From positions 47,244,001 to 47,308,000 of the forward strand of contig NC_042998.1 in the NCBI RefSeq assembly GCF_006345805.1: a stretch of DNA of 64,000 nt, read 5' to 3'. This document shows positions 12,179-24,948 of the stretch, one piece after another. Every line of letters starts with the position of its first letter. The first letter of the stretch is position 1. A program made the position numbers and the translations under genes. The notes beneath the pieces were generated by a model. That model was not told the origin of the DNA and ran no database searches. It worked only from the letters and a program-made list of their open reading frames with translations. This DNA is from Octopus sinensis. Lineage: Eukaryota.

Positions 12179-14188
12179 TAATCTTATTTCCATCACGTGC
12201 TTTCACTGCACTACCGAGCGCAACTCTGTGCGCTTTGTGTATGTGCTGTGGTTTGTTGTGGTGCTCTTATTTTCACTATACTGAAGGTATTTTGTGTAGG
12301 ATGTGCGGTGACTAGTATTGCTAGCTACTCTATGTTATATATGCTTCTAAGTTCTTGTAGTTTTGTTATGTATTTGTCTGAATGTTTTTTTTTTTTGTCA
12401 TAGCTAATACGCCTACTATAATAGGAATTGTCTCTGTTTTTAGGCTCCGCATTCGAGTTTCCTCTATTTTCAGATTTTTCTATTTTGAAAATTTCTCCGA
12501 TTCATTTTGATAACGTTGTCATCTGTTGGTATAGATACATTGATTAGAAATCATTTTTTCTTGGTGATCTCTGACGACTATATCCGGTCTATTGACTTTA
12601 CTTTCTCTATCTGTTTGCATTGGTACATTCCAGAGTATGGTTGCTTTCTCATTTTCTGTGACCTTTTCTGTGACTTTTTCTGTTGTTATTCCATAATGTT
12701 GGCATAGCTTCCAGTGTATATAGGTCCCGATTTTGTTGTCTGTGAATATATATCTTCGTAGACAGGACTGGATATCCAGTGACAATATGATTTATTGTTT
12801 CTTCACATCACCACGCATTCTGCAGTTATTTCTTATATTTCTTTTCTTTATATGTTTTATTTGATAAGAAAGCTTTGATCTTGTGCTGCAATTAAAACTC
12901 TTTCAATCTCTGCTTTGAGTCCTGAGCTTCTCAGCCATTGTTGAAATTTTGCTTTGTCTATTTCTTTTCTACTTAGCTTAATACAATATTTGCCATATAA
13001 GGGCTTTTCTTGCCGTCATTTTATCATGATCCGTTGCTATTCCAGTTTTAGTTTGGATCTCAGTTGTTTTACAAGTTTTGTTGTTTCTTCTTTTTCTTCA
13101 TAGTTGTTTGGTGCTATGGCTTTTTCTTTGTATTTGTCAGCTTCCTTAAAAACAGAAAGCAGGTTTTTTTTGTTCGTGTTTTGTGGCTATTTGTATAACT
13201 TTTCCTTACTTCTGAAGTAGGTATTTCTGTAATCCTATAGTCGTTATTTTGTATTAGTTTTCTAGCTGTATAAGGCCTCTACCACCTTCGATACGTTGTA
13301 AATATAACATTTCTATGTCAGATTTTTTGTGATGCATCCTAAATTCTGTCATTATTTTTCGTGCTTGCCTGTTGATTTTGATTAATTCAATTAGAGTCCA
13401 GTTAAGAATAATGTAACTGTAAATTATAACTGGGACAGCTAGAATGTTGATACATTTTATCTTGTTTTTTGCATTGAGCTCCGTTTTCATTATTAATCAA
13501 ACTCGTCTATAGTATTTCTTTCTTATCTTCTTTACATTTGTATGTGTTGTATCGTATCTAGTTCATTGATACCTAAGTATTAGTATATGTAGCTTTGGTC
13601 TAATTCTTCATTTGCTTTATCTAGTGTGATGTTACTCCTAACCAGTTTTCCTCTTTTCAAGGTTGCTTTGACACATTTTCCTAAGCCAAATTTCATGTTT
13701 ATTTCTTTGGTAAATCCATGTGCTGTTTGCAGTAATGTTGCCAACCGTTTATCATTTGTAGATCATCCATTCACAAGAGATGGTTGATTGTTTTGCGTAA
13801 CACTTGTATCCACATCCAGTTCTGTTTAGTGTGTCAGATAAAGGTGTCAGTGCCATGCAGAGAAATGGAGAGTTCGTGTCTCTCTGGAGTATTTCACTTC
13901 TAATGGAGATGACTCTGGTTTTTATGAGTCCCTCTTTTGTCTGGAGCTGTAGCACTGTTTGCCATTTATTCATGCAATGTTTTATATATTTTATGATTAA
14001 TGGTGCTACTTAGTTCATGGCTAGTGTTTTTAGGATATATGTGTAGGGAATAGTATCAAAAACCTTTCAATAATCGATCCAAGCCCTACTTAGACCCTTC
14101 TTTTTCTTCAGCTGTATTCAGTTATGGCTTTATTGATCCGTAGCTGATCTTTACTGCCGTATGAGCCCTTGCAGCATCCCCTCTGCTC
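12176..14188 (-). mobile_element. Degenerate 5'-truncated R4/Dong-clade non-LTR retrotransposon (RT plus REL endonuclease)
   Basis: Motifs read on the minus strand: EQRGCCKGSYGSKDQLRINKAI; HLL*MDDLQ (YMDD site, about 13755-13785); MKTELNAKNKIKCINILAVPVIIYSY; EGGRGLIQLE; ILWNVPMQTDRESKVNRPDIVV. Many frameshifts; (TAA)n on both sides. Confidence 0.85.
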
Positions 14189-14257
<69 letters not shown>

Positions 14258-15271
14258 AATTGAGTTAGGTATTATAGCTCGAACGGAAGACGATTTCCAT
14301 GGTTCTTTACAGGTTCTTTGAAACAGATGGGAAAACAGGATGGAGTAGGATATTTCGAAACTGGAGACTACCCAAATTCTTGCAACATCTTGAGCTTTGC
14401 CAAAGTGCCCCAATTGTCAAGAAGTGGTGTTGAACGGTCGATCGATAAAATCTACCCCACCCCTAGTAGACCATGATGGCATTTGAGTCTAGAATACAAA
14501 GAATAAAGAATAACTTCTGCATGGCATCTAGTATGTTGTTGTTAGAGCTCCACCAATCCATCAGAATAGTACTTTTGTATTACTGATCGTGAAGCTAGAC
14601 TGATTTGGCTGGAAAATGAGTTTGTTGTCGGATTTTCATGTGGTTGTTGCTATTGTAGTTATTATTGGTGCTGGTGGTTGCGGTGGTTCAGCCCAGGTTA
14701 TCCCCGATCGAGTAGAACAACGATAAACAGGCGTTCAAACCAGGAGCATCTGGTGTTTGTGTGTCGTTTTTGTTTTTAAGTACAACATTAAATATTGGTA
14801 TGAATGGAGAGTATTTTGGCTGTTATTTCTAGCAGGCTGAAACGGCCTTGTAGAGCGAGAGCTGCCATCGTTGACTAGATTTTGGTCTATAGCTCAGCTC
14901 TTGTAATAGCTCTTTCAAAATAGTTTTTAAATATAGGAACCTCGTAAGGGAATTTAACCGAATTTTGAGCTCTGCAAGTTCCGTTTTCTTGTCATATTTT
15001 CATTTTATTTATAAAAGCCCGAAAAGTTTATTTACATCTATATTGGGGTTAACGAAACCCATATACACACATAAATACACACACATATAACAATTTTCAA
15101 TATTGTTGATGTTTATATATACTTGTGTATATACAAACACAAATGCATATATTAATGTGTTGGAGTGTGTGTGTATGTATGTATGTATGTATGTATGTAT
15201 GCATGCATGTATGTATGTACACTCACACATGCATACATATATGGATATCTATATATATGTACACACATACA

Positions 15272-15323
<52 letters not shown>

Positions 15324-16349
15324 CACACACGTGTGTGTATGGAGATGGAGATGGAGAGAGTGAAAGAAAAACGTTTTTATAAAGATTAGGGAGGAGAGAT
15401 TAATAATTGGAGAGATCTAAAGAATCGTATATTAATTTCTCCATATATATACGCACATGTGACTAGATGCCCAAGTGTGCATCTAAGTGTGAATCATTAA
15501 TATTATATAATTAAGATCTTGGTTGAAACAAAAACATATAGAATTTCTCCCAAAAGACAAATAATAAAAGAACTAGATAAAAATAATAATAAATAAATGA
15601 ATCAAATAATAAAATAAGACGTATGTAAACGACATATTTCTATATTTGTTTTTAACTTTTTTATTCAATTTTCTTTTATTCTAAACAGCTGGAAATATAT
15701 TTCTTTAGGCCATTAACTTAAAATAAATGGTTCCATATTGTGGAGTATTAAACGACCACAGTTTATATTCCCTAGGCGTCGTTATATACTAAAGAGTCCT
15801 GATGTTAAAGTTTATCGAATTTCATATTTTAAAACCTTATCTTTTTATCTTCTCTCGCGGAGATAATGTCCTGGCACTTGTTATATCCACGCTAAAACAA
15901 ACAAAAAGAAATATATAATAAAATACTAAAATGAAAACGGAATGATATAAAAGGATAGGACGAAGAAAAAGAAGTTTTGAATCGGATATATAACATGTTT
16001 GGGGAAAACGACGTTTCGTATGATCGATGTCGTCTGTAGACCCTATGAACAGCTGAAAGGAATATATTCTAGATGACTATTGTAGAAATCTTCCTTCAAT
16101 AATGGTGTTTAAAAAGTGGAGCACAACATGTCTATAGGGAATTCCTCTAAGGGATTTTGCATTTAGTATTTCCTATGAGCATCAAGCTTCCTTGAAAAAT
16201 TGCTATCATCCACTGGTGTCTGGCATATTTTAATCGGTGATGTTGATCTTAAGTTAGAATTACTTTATCATTCGCAGGATTCATTTTGACTATTTCAACC
16301 ACACTGGGCACTTAAAATATATTTTTAGCAGACATCATTTCAATTATAT

Positions 16350-17095
16350 ACATACGTATGTATGTATTTATGTATGTATGTACTATGCATTGCATGTATG
16401 TATGTATGTACATACGTACGTACGTACGTACGTATGTATGTATGTATGTATGTATGTATGTATGTATGTATGTATGTATGTATGTATGTATGTATGTACG
16501 TATGTACATACGTACGTATGTATGTATGTACGTATGTATGTTTGTATGTATGTATGTATGTATGTATGTATGTACGTACGTATGTATGTATGTACGTACG
16601 TACGTATGTATGTATGTATGTATGTATGTATTACGTACGCACGTATGTATGTATGTATGTATGTATGTACATACGTACGTATGTATGTTTGTATGTCTGT
16701 ATGTATATATGTATGTGTGTATGTATGTATGTATGCATGTATGTATGTACAATCTAATGGGTATGAATTAATCTACAGGAGTGTGTTTGTGTTACTCTCA
16801 AGAGAAAAGTAAATTATATATACACACACATATAACCACTCGGATATACGCACACATCTACACACACACCGCACATATTTGTATGCGCGTACGCGCGCTC
16901 GTGTGCGTGCGTGTGTGGTACTGCAAACATTATTAGTCCCTATAGTCGTGTGCAGCGAAGGGCGAAAGACAGAGACGGGTGTAATATATCTATATTTCTG
17001 AAATATAGATACATATATATATATATATATATGAATGTGTGTATGTATGTATGTATATATCTATATGTATGTATGTATGTATGTATGTACGTATG

Positions 17096-17129
<34 letters not shown>

Positions 17130-17304
17130 TGTATGTATGTATGTATGTATATATGTATGTATGTATGTATATATGTATGTACGTACGTACGTATGTATGT
17201 ATGTATGTATGTATGTATGCATGCATGCATGTATGTATGTATGTATGCATGTATGGATGGAGGGATGGATGGAGGGATGTATAGATGTATGTATATATAT
17301 ATAA

Positions 17305-17352
<48 letters not shown>

Positions 17353-17470
17353 ACATGTTGTGTGTGTGTGAGAGAGAGTGTGTGAGTGCGAGTGTGTTTG
17401 AGTTTATGTACACACACACGGACACACACATGCACACACGCACAGATACACACACACACACCCTCACATA
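16350..17470. repeat. Long (TATG)n/(TACG)n/(AT)n/(CA)n microsatellite cluster
   Basis: Direct reading; source of the MYVC/HTYI ORFs. Confidence 0.95.
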
Positions 17471-18557
17471 CATGTGCATTTTCTCTGTTAAATGAATCTG
17501 AGAATAGATGAGGCATAAATGTATATACACATGCGTCAAATTCAGTACAGTTTTTATATCATCCGGCATTATTAACACCACGTATGAATTAAATGATGTC
17601 AAGGAATATGGTTGATGTAAGTATTTGTCTTGTTTAACCCTAGGTAAGCTTTGGTCCAATAAGCCCATGATCAAAGTGTTGTCATTGAGACGAGCAAGTT
17701 TGATTTTAAAAAAATATTTTAAAATTTCAGTCAAAGACTATATTATCGACAAGTGAACCATCAGGGTGGAGGACTGATAAGATATCTAGGGAGTCGCCCT
17801 GTAACTCACTTCCGTGGTTTTATGTTCTGGGTTCAAATCCGCACAAGCTCGACTTTAGCTTTTTCCAGAGTCGGTAAATCATAATTGTAATCAAGCATTG
17901 AAGCCAGTTTCGTAAATTTCTGAAGATTTATTATATGTTGATGTCAGTGAAATAAATTTTAAACATTAATATTTTCTCTCTTTTTTCAGAACGGAAGAAA
18001 ATCTGAGAACTGCTTTCACGGTGACGAATCTGCCGAAGATACATTTTCTACTGGAATCAGTTTCAAAAATTCCCCTCCTGCTGTCGAAATAAAAAAAATT
18101 GTAAAAATAATTTAATAAAAAAAATATATGAGCAAGTTTATGTGGTTATTCGGATTGGTGGAAATAACAGTTAAAACTCCCTCAAGCTACTTGCTATTTT
18201 GACAAAGGACTGTTCTGTTAGATGATGCAGTCACAAATATGCAGTGCGCGTGTGAACGCAGGAATGGTCATAGCTGGGACTAGTTTGATAAACAAGCGTT
18301 ACTAATCCGTGATTAAACCACGACAACCAACAATAATCCAAAATTATTGCACCTATCAGCTAAAAATTAAAAAATTTTCAGTCACGTCCTACATGTTTTG
18401 TTTCATATTATTTCTAGGATGTAAAACTGAAAGTATTGTATAAAGATGCTTTGTGTGCACTTGTATTATAAAGAAGCGAACAGAAAAAGATTTTTGACGA
18501 AATAAAGAACGTTTTAGTAAACATTAACCTTCCTGTCTTTCTTGCTTTCTCTTTATC

Positions 18558-18599
<42 letters not shown>

Positions 18600-18630
18600 T
18601 AATTGATTTGGGCAGCAGTACATATATTAT

Positions 18631-19200
18631 GAGGAGACGCAATGGTCCAGTGGTTAGGGCAGCGGGCACGCGGTCGGAGGATCGTAGTTTCGATTCCCAG
18701 ACCGGACGTTGTGTGTGTTTATTGAGCGAAAACACCTAAAAAAGATCAACGAGGCTCCGGCAGGGGGTGGTGGCGACCCCTGTTGTACTCTTTCGCCACA
18801 ACTTCATCTCACTCTCACTTCCTGTTTCTTGAGAAACAGGAAGTGAGAGTGAGAGAAAGTTGTGGCGAAAGAGTACAACAGGAAGTGAGAGTGAGAGAAA
18901 GTTGTGGCGAAAGAGTACAACAGGGGTCGTCACCACCCCCTGCCGGAGCCTTGTGGATCTTTTTTAGGTTTTTCGCTCAATAAACACACACAACGCCCGG
19001 TCTGGGAATCGAAACCACGATCCTCCGACCGCGTGCCCGCTGCCCTAACCAATGGACCATTGCGTCTCCTCATAATATACTCAAGTAACGCTGCGATGGA
19101 CTGGCGTCCCGTCCAGCTGGGATGGGCGGGGGGACACATACGCCATAGAAACCGGGAAACCGGGCCCATAAGCCTGGCTAGGCTTGAAATGGGTGAAAGA
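18631..19200 (+). mobile_element. tRNA-derived SINE family 3 (V-core-like) with an internal inverted duplication
   Basis: A-box tggtccagtgg and B-box-like gtttcgattccc. Core gctgcgatggactggcgtcccgtccag resembles the V-SINE domain. 18829-19080 is an inverted copy of the 5' half. An uninterrupted relative lies at 53281-53560. Confidence 0.8.
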
Positions 19201-19411
19201 AATAGAAAAAGCGAGATATAAATTATGACAGGGGAACCCTCAGGGTGGAGGAGTAGTAGCATAGCTGTAGAGTTTGACAGAATCGCCCTGTTAAAAATGG
19301 CTACTTGAAAGCTTGAAACTCATATCAGACTAATGCATTGTAAACACTATTATCACGATTAAAATAAAAAATAATCCCCTAAAAAAAGGTCATTTCTACT
19401 CATTCTTTTAA

Positions 19412-19455
<44 letters not shown>

Positions 19456-19459
19456 AATA

Positions 19460-19640
19460 GGAAGAGTTCACGAAAAAGCAAAAGACGAAAACAGGTGGTG
19501 TACAAAACAAACAGATGTATTAGTATAACACTCAGGAATAGAAAAAGTATTTTACGTTTCGAGCCTATGCTCTTCTACAGAAAGGAACACAGAAAAAAAC
19601 GATTAGAGAAAAAAATGTGTGTAGTGGCTACCGATCTATC
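19460..19640 (-). mobile_element. Family A element with minimal hammerhead-like motif (19550-19583)
   Basis: Copy of 1291-1458. Minus strand ttt-CTGTAGA-a-GAGC-atag-GCTC-GAAAC-GTA-aaa. Confidence 0.6.
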
Positions 19641-20980
19641 ATATATACACACACATACACACACATACATGTTTGTCTATGTGAGTCTATGTGTTTGTGT
19701 GGGTATATAAAGACAAAAGAATGAGCAACTATTCAATTTAATCAGCTCATGCACGTTTGGGTAGATCGGTAAGTGACAGAATTCTGCCATGTAGTAACCT
19801 TGCATATTCATCGACGCTATATTTGATCAACTAAAATTCTACCGGGATTGAGCAAAGCTTTGTTGCATTATTTTAATATTTCCAAATGTTGGTTTGCTGT
19901 CGTCGGGAGCCACCACCATTAAGGATGTTTATTCGTGATTATATGGTTCCTGTACGTTTTATCGTACTCTTGTTTTCGATATCATAAAGGAGAATATGTA
20001 AATTTCCCTGTGGGGGTCAAGGAATATAATTTGGACGCAGTTAATTAACTCAGGGGAGCAGGATGCACATCAACCCTTCCAAGCGGTACAATTTCTCTTT
20101 ATTTACATGAAGCGAAGTATAAATATCTGTACATTTGTGTATTGAGCAAAATAAACACGCGATTTGGACACCAAGGGATGCAACCACACAGACAACTTTT
20201 CAGTGTTAGATATGCAATGGCGGAAAAGAAAGTTCCTAAGCTGTTTTCATTTTTTACTATATATGAATAAAAACGTTTTGGAAGGTCTCATTTTGGGGGT
20301 TGGGCTCATTATAAGGAAACAATTTACAAAATATTGTTTACTTCTATTTATACTATATAAATAATTAGATAAAAGAATAGGTAATATTTCACAGTTCAGG
20401 GCCAAAAGGGAAGGAAACTGAATTCCTAATCTATTATTCTTAATCTATTATTTCACATTCAACCTTTTATTTCTTAAAGTTTTGCCATTTGGACAGTCGA
20501 CAGGATGAGAGTTAACAATGATTGGCTTATCCTCAAACAGTTGGATTTAGTCAGACAATTCGTTTACTACAAACAATAACTATGCAACGCACTACACGAA
20601 GAATCTGGCCTTGAAATGCAGTTGCATCCATTGTAAAGAGTGACCGTCTGTTCGAATTACAACACTTTTGTAGAAGGTATAGCACTGAGCTAGATCTGGG
20701 CACTTAATATTTAGAAAGTGGTCTTGTTGATTGTATTGAGACATTTTTCTACCGGTACACCATATATCTTCATTCGGATTGTGAAGGAATTAATTTTAGG
20801 TAGTTGATAATTTATATCTGGCAACTTAATACCGTTCGAGTGTTCTGCTTTCGTTGCAGAAGTATTATTTAGTTTCATGACGACATTTGCTTTTTAACTC
20901 GGTGTGCCTATTTATAATATCTATTGATTAGTTAAAATTTGTAATATCCTTCCATTGTTAAGGCTACAGAAGATGGATGG

Positions 20981-21121
20981 ATGTAAAGAAGATTAGAAAG
21001 AAATACTATAGACGAGTTAGATTAATAATGAAAACGGAGCTCAATGCGAAAAACAAGATAATATGCATCAACATTCTAGCTGTCCCAGTTATAATTTACA
21101 GTTATAATTTACAGTTACATT
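20981..21121 (+). mobile_element. Internal fragment of the R4/Dong-like element
   Basis: Reverse complement of about 13410-13537 with about 5 mismatches and a 13-bp tandem duplication. Confidence 0.85.
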
Positions 21122-21683
21122 TTGCGCTAAAATATATTCTGTTTAAGCTAACTGGAACATGAATTGACCGTGCGTCTCTATTAGGTGTCATGTGGATACT
21201 TTTGGAGTTTAAGTCATTTTTTTTCAATGATTTTTCGTATTATTAAAGCGTAACATCTAACTCCGAACAGGAAATTTTGTTCCAAATTAAGAACAAATAC
21301 TGCGATAATTAATAAAAAAAAATGTTTAATATGTAAGAAAATATAATTAACTGCGGTCGCGTTTTCAGTATTAGATATACATATGCACGCTCATGAACAC
21401 AGATAGGCATACATATAGACACACAGACAAGACTTGCTGTAAATTATCTTGAAATCGATATTCTGTTGATCAAAGTATTCCTGGATTTCACACACTTAAA
21501 CACACACACACACTTAAACACACATTCACACACACTCACTCACACATTCACACTCACACACACACACACACACGCATACACACAAACGGACACACACATA
21601 TAGCTGCTATAAATCATCTCTTTTCTCACACAACCACATGTTTATGGATGTTTGCAGACATGTATGTCATAGTGTTGTAAGGC

Positions 21684-21726
<43 letters not shown>

Positions 21727-22060
21727 TGTGGTGGTAGCGGCAGCAGCAGCAGCAGCAACATCAGTAGTGGCTAATATAGATGACACGATACATGATCTGG
21801 AATTGTTTGCTGGCAGTACATTTTCCTTTCAAGTAAGCTTTTTTTTTATTATTATATTTCATTTTATTCTATTTTGTTCCGGGATTTTTAGTTTCTGCCT
21901 TTCTGGAGACATCTCACATGCATGGATGCATTTTGAACTAGGCTTTTGCCATTGGGGATAAGAGGATATATTAGGATTCTATTATCAAAGGAAATAAAAA
22001 TTCAAAAGTCGAAAGAAATCTCTCTGAAATAGACATGATACTTCACATATTTTTCGTGTA

Positions 22061-22098
<38 letters not shown>

Positions 22099-22181
22099 CA
22101 TACATATATATATATATAATATATATATATAGGTACATATACATATATATACTTATATATATGTGTGTATTTATATGTGTG

Positions 22182-22223
<42 letters not shown>

Positions 22224-22380
22224 TATGTACATACATATATATATGTATATATATACATGTTTATATATATATATTTGTATGTATATATATATAAATACAT
22301 ACATATATATATATATATATATGCATAAATATATATAAACATACATATATATATATGCATACATATATACATGCATACAT

Positions 22381-22411
<31 letters not shown>

Positions 22412-22939
22412 CGCACACATCTAAATACACGCACACATGATACCACATGTGTGTGTTGATTTGTTTACTGTGGTCAAATCGCCAAAAATAACGAAGCAGA
22501 ATAAAAGTATTTCCCTTAAAAATCAGGACCTTGTTAAAAATGAATGCAAAGGCAAGTCAAATGTAGACTTTTAGAAAAAATATATTGATGATATGAAAAT
22601 TTATTTGCTGTTATTTTCAGATGCGAATAGATCACAAAAGGCAGTGTTGCTCTGAATAAGACCGATCTTGTGACGAATAAAGCATTTCTACCATTATATT
22701 AGACATAATTTCAACGTATAGAAACATTAAGAAATGTTCATTGAGAAAAAAAAAAAAAAATACCCTGAACTGTTGGTAGCCTACTTTTAATCTGAAACAA
22801 AACTACGCTAAAATGTTGCCCGCATTTCTTATGCGCTGCTACCTTTACTGTACCCGTAATATACGAGACTTTATATATTAAGACATTATTTGAAGAGGCG
22901 GTAATAAATGTCCTGGATTATTGTAATTTTAGTATGTTA

Positions 22940-23333
22940 CTAGCAGTATCGCCCGGCGTTTCTCGGGTTTGTAAGGGAAATAACTATACAGCATTTTTAG
23001 AGAGTTATAGCCAAAAGATAGCAAAAAAATGCATTAAAAATGGAAAAAATATGATGGTAAATTTTTTTTTAAATCGTTGACTCATCGTAGACATTTTTAG
23101 AGAGTTACTTCCCTTTAAAAAAATATGCATGAAAATGGAAAAAAATGATGGTAAATTATTTTTAAAATCGTATACTCATCGTAGACGCGCGCTAATACCC
23201 AGAAGGGCTTGATATGAATCACGACTATAAGATACCCGGTTTTGGTTAAACTGCACCGCAAAATGTGGGAGTAGTTAGGAATCTAAATCGAAGGGGACAG
23301 ACACTCACACAACCACAGTTTTATATATAAAGA
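22940..23333 (-). mobile_element. Non-autonomous Helitron
   Basis: Minus strand begins TC (tctttatatataaaa) and ends CTAG. Subterminal GC-rich hairpin cccgagaaacgccggg (22952-22967) lies 8 nt before CTAG. Inserted between A and T with no TSD. Confidence 0.8.
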
Positions 23334-23404
23334 TTACTCTCCATTTAATACATCACATGTTTATGGATTGTTGTAGGCATGTTAATGCTATATTTCTCTA
23401 TGCT

Positions 23405-23437
<33 letters not shown>

Positions 23438-23659
23438 CAGCAGCTATGCTGGGGCACTGCCTCGAAGAACGTTTCTTTGAACGAATCTACCCCAGTCGTT
23501 GTTTTTTTAAAGCCTGGTACTAATTTTATCTGTCTCTTTTTGCAGAATGGGTAAGATGCGGGAAGTCAAACAAACCAAAACCGGTTGTCAAGTGGTTTGG
23601 GGGCACAAAAAAACACAGGTATAAAGACACACGCATATATATATATATATATATATTTA

Positions 23660-23855
23660 TATAGTAAATCCAAAAAAGAAGAAACAAAAAAAAAATCAAC
23701 AGCTTAAGGACGTGGTACATGTAAAGTATTAGCAGACTATCAAGGAAGGAAAGAAAGATGGTTTAATGTTTTGAGCGACGCTCTTCTTCAGAAACAGAGG
23801 AAAATCGAATAGAAAAGAAGATGAAGAAAATCGCCGACGATTCACATGTGGTTAT
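23660..23855 (-). mobile_element. Short element with a decayed minimal hammerhead (23761-23795)
   Basis: Minus strand gttt-CTGAAGA-a-GAGC-gtc-GCTC-aAAAC-aTT-aaac. The two deviations from GAAAC-GTT are CpG-type transitions. Microsatellite-flanked. Confidence 0.5.
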
Positions 23856-23858
23856 ATA

Positions 23859-23921
<63 letters not shown>

Positions 23922-24015
23922 ATGTATGTATGTATGTATATATGCCAACTTCTGCTATTCCAGCACTTTGAAGACATCCAAATAAATACCGCTTGTCACG
24001 GGTGACTAGTTTTCA

Positions 24016-24550
24016 GAATGCAGTCGGGACGTTTGGAAGCTCGTTATGCAATATAGTTTAGTGCTAAACTGGTCAAAAACGCTACGGAAACTTATGAAAT
24101 GCTCCAGATTGCTAATGGATTAAACATTTCACTGGTACAAGAGCTCTAAGGACGAAGGGATATGAGAGATGATGAGAGTTGTCGGAGGGAGAGGTACGTC
24201 ATAGCATAAGACCTCATTAAGAAAATTCGCAATTTATGAATAAAGAGAGTCGTGTGTCTATAAAGATAATAAGCATGTAATTTGGAATTGGTATGGCAAA
24301 ATTATTCATGAAGATCTGAACGTGTGCAAAATTTGTGTAAAATTGGGTTCTCAGAGGGGTTCAGTGACTACCATCCTGATAACAAACAACTTGAGAGATA
24401 TGTGCATCAAAACAGTTCTTTATCCCCCCTACAGTTCGGACGTTAGTCTCTGTGACTTTTGGTTATTCCTGTAGCTAACGGAAACCTTCAGTCTCAGTCG
24501 TTTTCAAGATGCAGGAGGTTATATCGAATGTCCTGGGTACCTACACGTTG
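24016..24550 (+). pseudogene. Degenerate mariner (DD34D) transposase remnant
   Basis: EARYAI*FSAKLVKNATETYEMLQIANG (N-terminal HTH) and IKTVLYPPYSSDVSLCDFWLF (decayed YSPDLAPCDFWLF motif). Confidence 0.75.
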
Positions 24551-24896
24551 GTGCAAGGAAGTTCAACCAGAATGACGGATAGCTTGAAGCTACCTTTCTT
24601 CCTACACATCGATCCCTGGATCTTACACACACACACACACACACAAAGTATGGGGGGTGGGGTTAGGGTTAGGGTGATCTAAACGAATAGGTACGCCAGG
24701 TAAGTCCTGTAACGGATTACTATAGCTCCAGTATTGTTGCTGAGACGGAAATACCGCTATATATATATATATATATTATATATATATATATCATATAATT
24801 AAGGGCTAAAGAGGGTTATTCTAAAGCCAATACTGCCACGCTTCCTGATGGATTCCTTTTCTGTAGAGAAAGGTACTTCATCCTATATTGTTAGTA

Positions 24897-24948
<52 letters not shown>

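Noticed and set aside
24651-24675. Telomere or interstitial telomeric array
   Set aside because: Only 2-3 TTAGGG units; too short.
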